A DNA stretch of 64,000 nucleotides from a virus: IMG/VR virus record IMGVR_UViG_3300045988_165032. One strand, 5' to 3'. The position numbers were made by a program, and so were the translations under genes. The notes below the pieces were generated by a model, which worked only from the letters and a program-made list of their open reading frames with translations, did not search any database and was not told the origin of the DNA. Positions 19,543 to 27,627 of this stretch are shown here, in pieces. The number at the start of each line of letters is the position of its first letter. Within the stretch, counting starts at the first letter, position 1.

Positions 19543-19985
19543 TGGCAAATAAAATAAAAATAAAGCGTTTAAATGATTTAGCGAAAATTCCTACTCGCGG
19601 AAGTGAGTATGCCGCAGGCTATGATTTATACGCGGCGACCGCATATGATATAGAAATTCCTCCTCACAAAACTGTAAAAATAGGTACGGGACTTGCTATT
19701 GAATTAGAGGAAAATACTTTTGGAGCCATTTTCGCGAGAAGCGGATTGGCTACGAAAAAAGGATTACGTCCAGCTAACTGTGTAGGTGCTTGTGACCCAG
19801 ACTATCGGGGCGAATATATTGTAGCCGTTCATAATGATTCTGATGAAACAATGGCAGTAGAGGCTGGAGAAAGAATAGCACAACTGATTATTATGCCTTT
19901 TATTCCAGCTACTTTTGAAGAGACCGACTTTCTCACGGATACCGACAGAGGGGCAGGGGGCTTTGGTTCTACCGGTTCCAAATAA
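19542..19985 (+). CDS. dut: dUTP diphosphatase
   Basis: dUTPase motifs AAGYDLYA, ARSGLA, RGAGGFGSTG. Confidence 0.8.
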   Translation: MANKIKIKRLNDLAKIPTRGSEYAAGYDLYAATAYDIEIPPHKTVKIGTGLAIELEENTFGAIFARSGLATKKGLRPANCVGACDPDYRGEYIVAVHNDSDETMAVEAGERIAQLIIMPFIPATFEETDFLTDTDRGAGGFGSTGSK

Positions 19986-19990
19986 ATATT

Positions 19991-20040
19991 AAGTAGAGTA
20001 TATAATAATATATATATTATTATATACTCTACTTTTTTTG
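19991..20040 (+). terminator. Strong rho-independent terminator (about 21-bp AT-rich perfect palindrome plus T7)
   Basis: AAGTAGAGTATATAATAATATAT / ATATTATTATATACTCTACTT followed by TTTTTTT. Confidence 0.6.
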
Positions 20041-20052
20041 TTTAAATAAAAT

Positions 20053-20081
20053 TTGACAGAGTTAGAATAATATGTTATAAT
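20053..20081 (+). promoter_or_regulatory. Consensus promoter: TTGACA, 17-nt spacer, TGTTATAAT
   Basis: Perfect -35 and -10 hexamers with extended TG, 28 nt upstream of the ruvC-like gene. Confidence 0.55.
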
Positions 20082-20109
20082 TTAGATAGAAAAATAAAGG
20101 AGATTAAAT

Positions 20110-20604
20110 ATGAACATATTATCAATAGATGCAAGTTCTAAAAGTAGCGGATTTGCTATTTTTGAAAATAATAAACTAACTTATCATACTTGTATTACGG
20201 CTTCTTCAAAAGATGTTATCGCAAGAATAAAAAAAATGATAGAAGGACTAATTGAAATTTTAAAGAAATATTCTATAGATAAAATTATTTTGGAGGAAGT
20301 TAGACCAGAAAATGGATTGCAAAATATTCAAACTCATCGTGTTTTGATGTGGCTTCAAGCAGCGATAGCTTTTACTGTACATGATAATTTTCCACAAATA
20401 AAAATTGAATATTTATACCCAAGTGAATGGCGTTCTGCATGTGGAATCCGCACAGGAAAAGGAATCAAAAGAGAAGAATTAAAGCTTGAAGATATTCGAT
20501 TTGTAGAAGAAAAATTTAATATTAAAGTAAATGATGATGAAGCAGATGCTATAGGAATAGGTTATGCATATATTCTTTTAAATAATAAGATTATTTGGGA
20601 ATAA
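20110..20604 (+). CDS. ruvC: RuvC-like Holliday junction resolvase
   Basis: Catalytic pattern N-terminal D (LSIDAS), E (ILEEV), C-terminal DEADAIGIG. Confidence 0.65.
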   Translation: MNILSIDASSKSSGFAIFENNKLTYHTCITASSKDVIARIKKMIEGLIEILKKYSIDKIILEEVRPENGLQNIQTHRVLMWLQAAIAFTVHDNFPQIKIEYLYPSEWRSACGIRTGKGIKREELKLEDIRFVEEKFNIKVNDDEADAIGIGYAYILLNNKIIWE

Positions 20605-20609
20605 AAAAA

Positions 20610-20633
20610 TATGGGAGCTAAATAGCTCCCATT
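20610..20633. terminator. Bidirectional terminator between the convergent modules (GGGAGCTA-AA-TAGCTCCC)
   Basis: 8-bp GC-containing stem flanked by an A run on one side and a T-rich tract on the other. Confidence 0.55.
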
Positions 20634-21177
20634 ATTTATATCTACGACTAAGGTAATCAGAGATTTCACAGATACATTGATAATTATAATCATGTTCTTC
20701 TAAGATGTCCATTAATGTTTCTATATGCTTTATCTCTTGCATGACATCTTCTATCATTTTATGCACGATCTTTCTATCTTCTACATTTCTTTTCCATTGT
20801 AATAGATGTTCTAAAACTTCGCTTTCCCAATCAGCGTATTGTTTCATAGATTCTTTCACTAAAGAAATAATTTTTTCTTCAGATAAATCTTTATATAAAT
20901 CCTCATTTTCTTCCCAACGGTCAATACTTTTTGTTTTTAAGATTGGAAATTTTTTATATTTCTCAATATATTTATGTTTTAAAAGTTCAAGAGTTTCAGT
21001 CTCTTCTTGTGATTGGTGATGATGTAAAGCCTTAAATCCAGGTAATTTTAATAAATCATATAAGTCTGTTTCAAATAAATGAAACATTACTCCTTCTAAA
21101 TTTTGCTCCATCATCTTAATCATTATATCTTCGCTCGTATTTTCCACTATTGTTTTTGGAGATACTATTTCTGCCAT
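20632..21177 (-). CDS. Hypothetical acidic His-rich protein (181 aa)
   Basis: ORF with GGAGG RBS. Last gene of the minus-strand terminal operon. Confidence 0.45.
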   Translation of the reverse strand: MAEIVSPKTIVENTSEDIMIKMMEQNLEGVMFHLFETDLYDLLKLPGFKALHHHQSQEETETLELLKHKYIEKYKKFPILKTKSIDRWEENEDLYKDLSEEKIISLVKESMKQYADWESEVLEHLLQWKRNVEDRKIVHKMIEDVMQEIKHIETLMDILEEHDYNYQCICEISDYLSRRYK

Positions 21178-21192
21178 AATATAGCCTCCTTA

Positions 21193-21642
21193 TTAGCATA
21201 ATTTAACTACAGTTATATTAGTATTAGAATAAATAGCTCCTACGCCAGTATTTAATACAGTCAAAGTAGTAGTATTATCAATAGAAGCACAAGAAGGTAA
21301 AACTTTGACAATAGTCGAAAAAGACATTCCATTAAAGTCTGTTACTGCCGCGGAATTAGAGCTACTTTTTGCCCCTTCTACATTAACTCCATTCTTCTGT
21401 AATTGCATAGTAACAGTTCCCGCGGTTCCAGATTCTGCGGCGGTAGCATCTACACTGATTAAATAGACTCCTGGTTTCTTTAGTTGAATTGAAGAGGAAC
21501 CAGCAACATAATTGATAGAGCATCCATTTAAAATATTGATATTAGTAAATGGTAAAAGTTGTCCTGTTGTTAAGGTTTCAGTCGCAGTAGATACAGCATT
21601 TAATACGCTTTTTTGATATGCTTTGTTTATTGTATATCCCAT
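21193..21642 (-). CDS. C1q/TNF-like jelly-roll domain protein (BclA C-terminal-domain-like)
   Basis: KPGVYLISVDATA...TVTMQLQKNGVNV...FSTIVKV...TLTVLN matches the C1q/BclA-CTD hydrophobic pattern. No collagen-like repeats. Confidence 0.4.
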   Translation of the reverse strand: MGYTINKAYQKSVLNAVSTATETLTTGQLLPFTNINILNGCSINYVAGSSSIQLKKPGVYLISVDATAAESGTAGTVTMQLQKNGVNVEGAKSSSNSAAVTDFNGMSFSTIVKVLPSCASIDNTTTLTVLNTGVGAIYSNTNITVVKLC

Positions 21643-21659
21643 ATTTTATATTTCCTTTC

Positions 21660-21678
21660 TTGGGCGGAGAATCTCCGC
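21660..21678. other. GC-rich hairpin GGGCGGAG-AAT-CTCCGCCC between two minus-strand genes
   Basis: 8-bp perfect stem, unusual in this AT-rich genome. No T run follows on the minus strand. Confidence 0.4.
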
Positions 21679-21694
21679 CCGTATTCTATTAAGA

Positions 21695-22011
21695 TTAATT
21701 ACAGCCGCATCCATTATAAATTCTGTTTCCTAATAAGGAAGCTTCATATGGAGAGCAAGTAATATAAGCTGGTTGTGGATAAGGTCTTAATGTTCCAATT
21801 AAGCTAGCACTTTGAGCTTGCTGACTTAGTTGGAAGTTTGCAGTCATAAGATCTCTATCTCTATCCGCTAATTTATCTCTTAAATCCTGCATTGTATTAG
21901 CATTGATTAACGCTCTTGTAGTATTTCCATCTTCACGAATTGCGTTTACAATATCGCAAGTATTACGAGAGTTTTCATAGCGAACCGCGTCTATGTTGCG
22001 ATTCGTTTCAC
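21695..22011 (-). CDS. 3' exon of an intron-split late gene (Cys-rich C-terminus ...NGCGCN)
   Basis: The listed 65-aa ORF extends 39 codons upstream without a stop, as far as the predicted 3' splice site at 22012. Confidence 0.45.
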
Positions 22012-23078
22012 CATTTTGTTATCATAAAGGCTCTTTATCCTCTATTTCTTATAGTTTCCTATAAGTTCAGACTATATCTTCATCCTATTTATATAGGAGT
22101 TCGGCACTCGTGTTGGTATTATTGTTTGTTGTAACTCAACCATTAGTCGTTGAACCTTCTAATTACTTTTATCAACTTTCATTAGCTTGGCTGCTGATTA
22201 ACATATTTACAAATATGACCTTTATAAGGTCTATTGGCTTTTAAAGCTTTGCATAAAGGAGATGTATCCTTTACTCCTAAAGCATTAGCAGCTTCTCTCA
22301 AAGAAGAATATTCAATTCCATCTATTAAAACTGCTTTTGAACTTGTTTTATGTATAGTATATTTTTTTTGTTCTTCATCTATATATTTACATGGATTCCC
22401 TTTAGTATCATATCCTCTTTTACACCAATTTGATATAGTATTTTCCCATACTCCAATTTCTTTAGCTGCATCTATTACTCCGTCATATCTAATTCCATTA
22501 ATAAGAACAGGACGTTTTTTCTTGTCAGCAACTTTTTGAGCTATTTTAGAATCTTTCATGGGATTTTTTTCTGACATTCTTTTTCTTTGAAAATCAGTTT
22601 TCATTGGGTTATACTCTGACATATATTGTCTCATTTCTTCTGTCCATTCTTTAGAGTATCCTCCATATCCACCATTAATTAAATTACATTTGCAAAATCC
22701 TTGTTGTCGATATTGTTTAGTTAATTCTGCTTCATATTTAAAAGCTTCTTCCTCTGTTTCAAAAAATTTAACTATTCTTACATCAACTTTATTTTTTGAA
22801 ATATAATCTTTAAAATACTTATTCCTATCTGAAATATTTTTATATCTATTATTACATCCTTTTCCGACATAAAATATTTCATTAGTTTCTACATTATACC
22901 ATTCATATACATAAAATTTATTCATTTTAATTCTCCTTATTTTCTTGATATTAAATATTAAAATAAAGGAGAATAATCTATCTTTCTTTGACCAATTTTT
23001 CTATTTGCAAACTTAGTATCCCAGCAATTCACCGAATATTTTACTAATAGTTACCTATTAGGCTGCCATGATATGTTT
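22012..23078 (-). mobile_element. Group I intron on the minus strand (same core family as intron 1) with a GIY-YIG endonuclease in the P6 region
   Basis: On the minus strand: P1 exon GCUGCU|, then loop AAACAUAUCAU, then IGS GGCAGC (U.G at the splice site). P: GAATTGCTGGGA (rc 23017-23031). Q: AATCAGCAGCCAAG (rc 22186-22200). R: GGTTCAACGACTA (rc 22143-22157). S: GAAGATATAGTCTGA (rc 22066-22080). P9 hairpin CTTATAG-GAAA-CTATAAG. Terminal G at 22012. P10 is UCAU paired with GUGA. Confidence 0.6.
22182..22925 (-). CDS. GIY-YIG family homing endonuclease (variant VYEW...YVGKG) with two NUMOD/IENR1-like helix-turn-helix repeats
   Basis: FYVYEWYNVETNEIFYVGKG...R...E(EAFKYEAEL)...N(LINGG). C-terminal IRYDGVIDAAKEIGV and IEYSSLREAANALGV repeats. 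AAGGAG RBS. The 3' end overlaps the intron Q element. Confidence 0.75.
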   Translation of the reverse strand: MNKFYVYEWYNVETNEIFYVGKGCNNRYKNISDRNKYFKDYISKNKVDVRIVKFFETEEEAFKYEAELTKQYRQQGFCKCNLINGGYGGYSKEWTEEMRQYMSEYNPMKTDFQRKRMSEKNPMKDSKIAQKVADKKKRPVLINGIRYDGVIDAAKEIGVWENTISNWCKRGYDTKGNPCKYIDEEQKKYTIHKTSSKAVLIDGIEYSSLREAANALGVKDTSPLCKALKANRPYKGHICKYVNQQPS

Positions 23079-23511
23079 AGCAGCATTGCTGATCCGCAAA
23101 TTTGGCATCATTAATTGCAGATTGGATTCCTGCAAATCCTAAGCTCATATTACTATTAACTCCACCAAATCCTTGACAAAGTTCTCTACCAACAGTATTA
23201 AAACCGTTTAACATAGTTGTGTTTTGAGCGTAGAATCCATCACAAAGTCCATTAGATAATCCTTGTAATTGTCTTTGAACGTCGCTGTTGTTAAATCCTT
23301 CAAATAAATCTGCTCTTGTTAAAGCTCCTTGAACTGCGGCACTATCTACTCCACTTCTATTACCAAAGAAGCCATTTCCGCCCCAAGCTAACAAGAAAAA
23401 TAAGAAAAATACCCAAATCCAAGTACCATTTCCGCCGAATCCAGTGCAATCTCCATCTTTTGCTAAAGCCATAGCATCAGCGATACTTAATCCATCATTC
23501 ATCATTCCCAT
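23079..23511 (-). CDS. 5' exon of the intron-split late gene: Gly-rich single-TM protein (ORF ends QQCC then the T of TAA)
   Basis: RBS GGAGAT. TM segment WIWVFFLFFLLAW flanked by Gly-rich tracts. The stop codon TAA begins exactly at the predicted 5' splice site, so it is removed by splicing. Confidence 0.5.
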
Positions 23512-23565
23512 AATAAATCTCCTTTTTTATAATTTATAATTTGTTTTCCATAAAAGCCTTGTACG

Positions 23566-23763
23566 CTAAAATCTAAATTGTTGTTGAAACATTTTCCATG
23601 CTTCATCAAAATTAATTCCTCTTTGCTGGCATAAATTTTTCGCAATTTGTTCTATCTCTTCTGACGTTTTTCCAGATACCATTTGTTCTGCTCTATTAAA
23701 AAGAGGATGGTTTGCAAACTGCTTTTTTAGTTGTTCCAGATTGTTGCTGTTTAATTGAGTCAT
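23566..23763 (-). CDS. Small ORF (65 aa) overlapping the upstream gene by 68 nt in the -1 frame
   Basis: Own RBS AAAGGAA 9 nt upstream of the ATG, inside the preceding gene. Confidence 0.3.
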   Translation of the reverse strand: MTQLNSNNLEQLKKQFANHPLFNRAEQMVSGKTSEEIEQIAKNLCQQRGINFDEAWKMFQQQFRF

Positions 23764-24205
23764 TATCTACATTCCTTTCTAATGTTTCCTTTTTAACCAT
23801 TTCTTCCCTAATTGATGAGATGGCTTTTTCAAATTCAGTTTTAGTGACATAACTTTCTATTGGTGCTACATTTTCTACAAGAGAGTAAGTGTTCAAAGTA
23901 GCAGTTCCATCAAGATTTATCTGTTTAGTATAAATCTTCTTATTTCCTATGTCAGTAAAAATAAACAACGAACCATCTAAATCAATCTGTGCGGCACGGG
24001 CTTCCTCCATGGATACTACTGGTCTACCTTTTAAAAAACTTTGATTTTGAGAAACCATAGTATTATATGGAGTATTCATCTGTTGTTGTTGTTCTAATTG
24101 TGCCAGGCGTTGATATTGTTGATTATAAGGGTATTGGTAATAAGGACTGTTTTGCAGTTGTTGTAAATTTTGATACATTTTACTTTTCACTCCTTTCCCT
24201 TGCAA
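23696..24205 (-). CDS. Hypothetical protein with Q/Y/P-rich low-complexity N-terminus (169 aa)
   Basis: First gene after the internal terminator. N-terminus NSPYYQYPYNQQYQRLAQLEQQQQ. Confidence 0.45.
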   Translation of the reverse strand: MQGKGVKSKMYQNLQQLQNSPYYQYPYNQQYQRLAQLEQQQQMNTPYNTMVSQNQSFLKGRPVVSMEEARAAQIDLDGSLFIFTDIGNKKIYTKQINLDGTATLNTYSLVENVAPIESYVTKTEFEKAISSIREEMVKKETLERNVDNDSIKQQQSGTTKKAVCKPSSF

Positions 24206-24330
24206 TGGTATATGAAAAATGACTAGTAATAAATTTACACTTTGCCCGAAATTTTCATTAAAATTTATTTAAAAAGTAAATTTGGCTCCTAAAGTAAATA
24301 AAAAGTACGTATATAAAATTCTGTATAAAA

Positions 24331-24372
24331 CAAAAAAATAGCCAAGAATAACAATAAATATTATTCTTGGCT
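24331..24372 (-). terminator. Rho-independent terminator on the minus strand (12-bp stem AGCCAAGAATAA/TTATTCTTGGCT plus T7)
   Basis: Lies downstream of the 24382..24945 gene on the minus strand. Separates the structural operon from the terminal accessory operon. Confidence 0.5.
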
Positions 24373-24381
24373 AGCATTTTA

Positions 24382-24945
24382 CTATCTTGAAAGGCATAAT
24401 TGTCTTAATCTATAAGCTTTATTATTTTTTCCTTCTACCACTTGAAAATCTAAATTTTTGCTACCATCGGATTCTATAATTACTTTTAATTCTGCTGTAC
24501 GAACATCAGAAACTGTTAAAGTATTTTTATCATTTTCCCAAGTTAGATTATATTGAAAAATAGTCATAGCATGGGTAATGGGATCTACAATGGTATAGGA
24601 TAATTGAATTATCTTATTTTCATAATCTACCATATTTACAGGAATCTGTTTTACTTCCATAGGATGACCATTATACTCAGAAAAAATATAAAGACAATTT
24701 GCTAATTTTTTCGCGGCTGGGGTAATAGTCAATCTAATGACAGTACCATCTGAGATCTCATAATTAAGATTTCCGCTACTTGTCCATTCTTTTTCAGCCT
24801 TTAAAAAATCTTCTAAATTATCCAATCCTTGAGTACCTTGATACTGGTCGGATAACTTTACATTTATTGTATCTACTTTAAATTTAAAATCTTTAAAAGT
24901 GCCATCTTTTTGTTTAACTTTAAATGAACTGCTTGTTTCCGCCAT
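24382..24945 (-). CDS. Hypothetical structural protein (187 aa)
   Basis: ORF in the late operon. Confidence 0.4.
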   Translation of the reverse strand: MAETSSSFKVKQKDGTFKDFKFKVDTINVKLSDQYQGTQGLDNLEDFLKAEKEWTSSGNLNYEISDGTVIRLTITPAAKKLANCLYIFSEYNGHPMEVKQIPVNMVDYENKIIQLSYTIVDPITHAMTIFQYNLTWENDKNTLTVSDVRTAELKVIIESDGSKNLDFQVVEGKNNKAYRLRQLCLSR

Positions 24946-24959
24946 CTAACACACTCCTT

Positions 24960-25250
24960 TCATTTATTACAAATAAAATCTACAATAGTATATTCATCAA
25001 CATCCTGCTTAAATTTTAAAGAAGTAATTTTATTATCATAATCGCTCTCCAAAATACCAGTTTTGCCTATTTCAAAGATATGACCATTTATTTCTATCTC
25101 GTTTCTTACATCTGTTTGAATACCTACTTTTTTTAAATAACTTAAATTTCTATAGTTAGTCACAGTTCTAATCAATTCTATAATTTCTTGGTCTTTGGTA
25201 AAAGGTCCTCGTATCTGACCAAAGAATTTATTAACACTTGTATCACTCAT
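24960..25250 (-). CDS. Hypothetical protein (96 aa)
   Basis: ORF in the late operon. Confidence 0.4.
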   Translation of the reverse strand: MSDTSVNKFFGQIRGPFTKDQEIIELIRTVTNYRNLSYLKKVGIQTDVRNEIEINGHIFEIGKTGILESDYDNKITSLKFKQDVDEYTIVDFICNK

Positions 25251-25262
25251 ATTTTAACTCCT

Positions 25263-26855
25263 TTAGTCTATTACAAACCAGATACCGCCTTCAGGTAAAT
25301 CATTTATCTTTGATTCTATATCTGCATCATTTTCTTTACCTACTACAATAGGAATATTAATTAAAGCAGAACCTGCGATGTAATACCATTCATTACTATC
25401 ATAATCGAATCCATAATAGTCTTTTATTGTTTCATCAAACTCTATAACTGCAACTTTTCCTTTATCTGCATCTGAAAAACCATTTGGATATAAACGTTTT
25501 AAAGCCGCAGCAATCTGTTGTGTAGTTGCACTACTTGTCAATCCTAAGTCTGAGATTTTTATACGCGGACCTACTAATAATCCACCCTTATCTTTTACTG
25601 AACCTAAATCTAACCATCCTTGAATTCCATTATAAGTAACTGCTTGTCCAGATGAAATTAAACTTTGTCTACGTGCGGGATCACTATAAAGAATTAACAA
25701 ATGATAATTTTCTTCATTTACCGCCATTCTCATAATATAATTTAATGGATTTCCAATTTCACTAGAAGTTCCATCATTATAAGTTACAGCGATTTTCTGA
25801 GTGCCATTTCCCTCTTGAGTTCCAGTGTTTACCGTTACATTAGAAATCCATTTTAATTTAGTAGATAAAACTACATCTGAAGCACCGCCTGTATAGCTAA
25901 GAGTGACAGTTCCATTTTCCGCTATTGAAATTCCATTAACAAATTGTAAAAATTTACCATAGTCATCATCATGTGTATAATTAATAGTAATCTTGCCTGT
26001 TACTCCATCTATATAGATATCTTCAATCATATTATAATCTCCTAAGTAAATAGGAGTTAATTCACCATTCGCATTAGCATCATAATTATAATAATCATAT
26101 ACTAGTACTTTTCTACTATTAGCAATATCATCTGCTTTTTTACTTAAGTTTTCATATTGAACTGAATCATCAGCAACCATTACTCTTAAGTTCTTTAAAG
26201 AGTCTCCTTTTATTCCTTTTGGAATTTTAATATCCCATTCTTCATAAAAAGGATGAGACTTATCATCAGCTCTTTCAACTAAATTATTATTAGTAAAATT
26301 AGCTGTGTCATTACTTCTATTATAATATGGACTAACTGAATTAGCTTTAAAGTCAACTACTAAATAAGGAAATTTAAAACCAATATATGCAGTAGTATCT
26401 TCTCCATTTGCATTTCTAACAGAGCAGTATCCCCATTGAATTTCATCATTATACTGGTCTTCTCCATCTACCTTACCTGGTAATAAATCTTTTCCGCTTA
26501 AGGCATAAGAGCCTTCACCTTTTCTATATTCAAAACCTTCTTCATTTTGTTTATCTTTTATTATATCTAAAGTAGTAACTTCTAGCATCGGAGCTCTTCC
26601 CGCGGGACCAACAACAGTACCTACATAAATAGCTCCCGCAGTTTTCGTATCAGTATAATTTAATCCTCTTCTAAAAATCTTTCCATTATCAGGATCATTT
26701 TTGTTCTCAGTGTTAATTAAAACATATTCCCCAAAAGTAACTTCACTAAAAAGCGGACCTTGTCTAAAATCATTTTTCATTGCCTCGATAGACAAATAAC
26801 TCTTTACAATGATAAAAGAAACTCCTGGTTTACCTCCATAAAAACTTCCTAACAT
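25263..26855 (-). CDS. Putative baseplate/tail-fibre-associated structural protein (530 aa)
   Basis: Large beta-rich ORF in the tail morphogenesis region. Confidence 0.4.
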   Translation of the reverse strand: MLGSFYGGKPGVSFIIVKSYLSIEAMKNDFRQGPLFSEVTFGEYVLINTENKNDPDNGKIFRRGLNYTDTKTAGAIYVGTVVGPAGRAPMLEVTTLDIIKDKQNEEGFEYRKGEGSYALSGKDLLPGKVDGEDQYNDEIQWGYCSVRNANGEDTTAYIGFKFPYLVVDFKANSVSPYYNRSNDTANFTNNNLVERADDKSHPFYEEWDIKIPKGIKGDSLKNLRVMVADDSVQYENLSKKADDIANSRKVLVYDYYNYDANANGELTPIYLGDYNMIEDIYIDGVTGKITINYTHDDDYGKFLQFVNGISIAENGTVTLSYTGGASDVVLSTKLKWISNVTVNTGTQEGNGTQKIAVTYNDGTSSEIGNPLNYIMRMAVNEENYHLLILYSDPARRQSLISSGQAVTYNGIQGWLDLGSVKDKGGLLVGPRIKISDLGLTSSATTQQIAAALKRLYPNGFSDADKGKVAVIEFDETIKDYYGFDYDSNEWYYIAGSALINIPIVVGKENDADIESKINDLPEGGIWFVID

Positions 26856-26865
26856 TTTAACCTCC

Positions 26866-27606
26866 TTAATACTGGAAATCCATTATGAAATAATCAGTTC
26901 CATCTAAATAAAAATCAGATTTTTTTAAAACAAAACCAATAGATTGAATCTTCATCCCATTATTTAATTCATATATTCCAGTTCTACCTATTCTAATCTG
27001 TTCCCTGTTGATACACATAATCAATCCAGGCGGTCCTTGTACGCCGATTTTAGCTAGCTCTTCTAAATCAGAATAATTAAGATTAGAAGATAAATCTTCA
27101 ATTATGTTATGAATAGCATAAAAATCATTAACTTCAATATTCATAACTCTTCCAACTACATCCTCTTTCTCTTGATTAGCTTCTTTTAAATCTATTGAAG
27201 TTCTATCTAAATCGAAAACAATTTGATTATATGTTGAATTAGGAGAAATAATTACTTCGAAAGTTACTTTATTATTTTTTTCTCCCTCTACTAACTTCGC
27301 CGCAACAAAAGACTCTATAGTCTGAGTTTCTTTGTTTGAAACATCACTATTCTTTAAAATTAAGTCAAAACTTTGTTCTCCAGAAGTTTTCTTATAAACA
27401 GTAAACTTTAAATAATAACTAGTTTGATTATCTAAAACATTACTACCTTCTAATAAAAGTCCTTTATTTTCAAAAACAAAAGAGTCATCTTCTTCACCAT
27501 TACTGCTTTTGAAGGTACTTTTTACGCTTACAATTTCACCTTGTTTGGTAATTTTATATCTATCTATAGGTAATTGAGTTCTACGAAATTGACCTATTTG
27601 ATACAT
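26866..27606 (-). CDS. Hypothetical tail-associated protein (246 aa)
   Basis: ORF position. Confidence 0.35.
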   Translation of the reverse strand: MYQIGQFRRTQLPIDRYKITKQGEIVSVKSTFKSSNGEEDDSFVFENKGLLLEGSNVLDNQTSYYLKFTVYKKTSGEQSFDLILKNSDVSNKETQTIESFVAAKLVEGEKNNKVTFEVIISPNSTYNQIVFDLDRTSIDLKEANQEKEDVVGRVMNIEVNDFYAIHNIIEDLSSNLNYSDLEELAKIGVQGPPGLIMCINREQIRIGRTGIYELNNGMKIQSIGFVLKKSDFYLDGTDYFIMDFQY

Positions 27607-27627
27607 AAGTTTTCTCCTTTCTTATTA

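Noticed and set aside
21940-22134. Plus-strand 64-aa ORF
   Set aside because: It is antisense to the minus-strand intron core (S, R and P9 region). It has no RBS and a hydrophobic junk composition.
23696-23763. Programmed -1 frameshift joining the 169-aa and 65-aa ORFs
   Set aside because: There is no canonical slippery heptamer in the 0 frame and no downstream pseudoknot. The second ORF has its own RBS.
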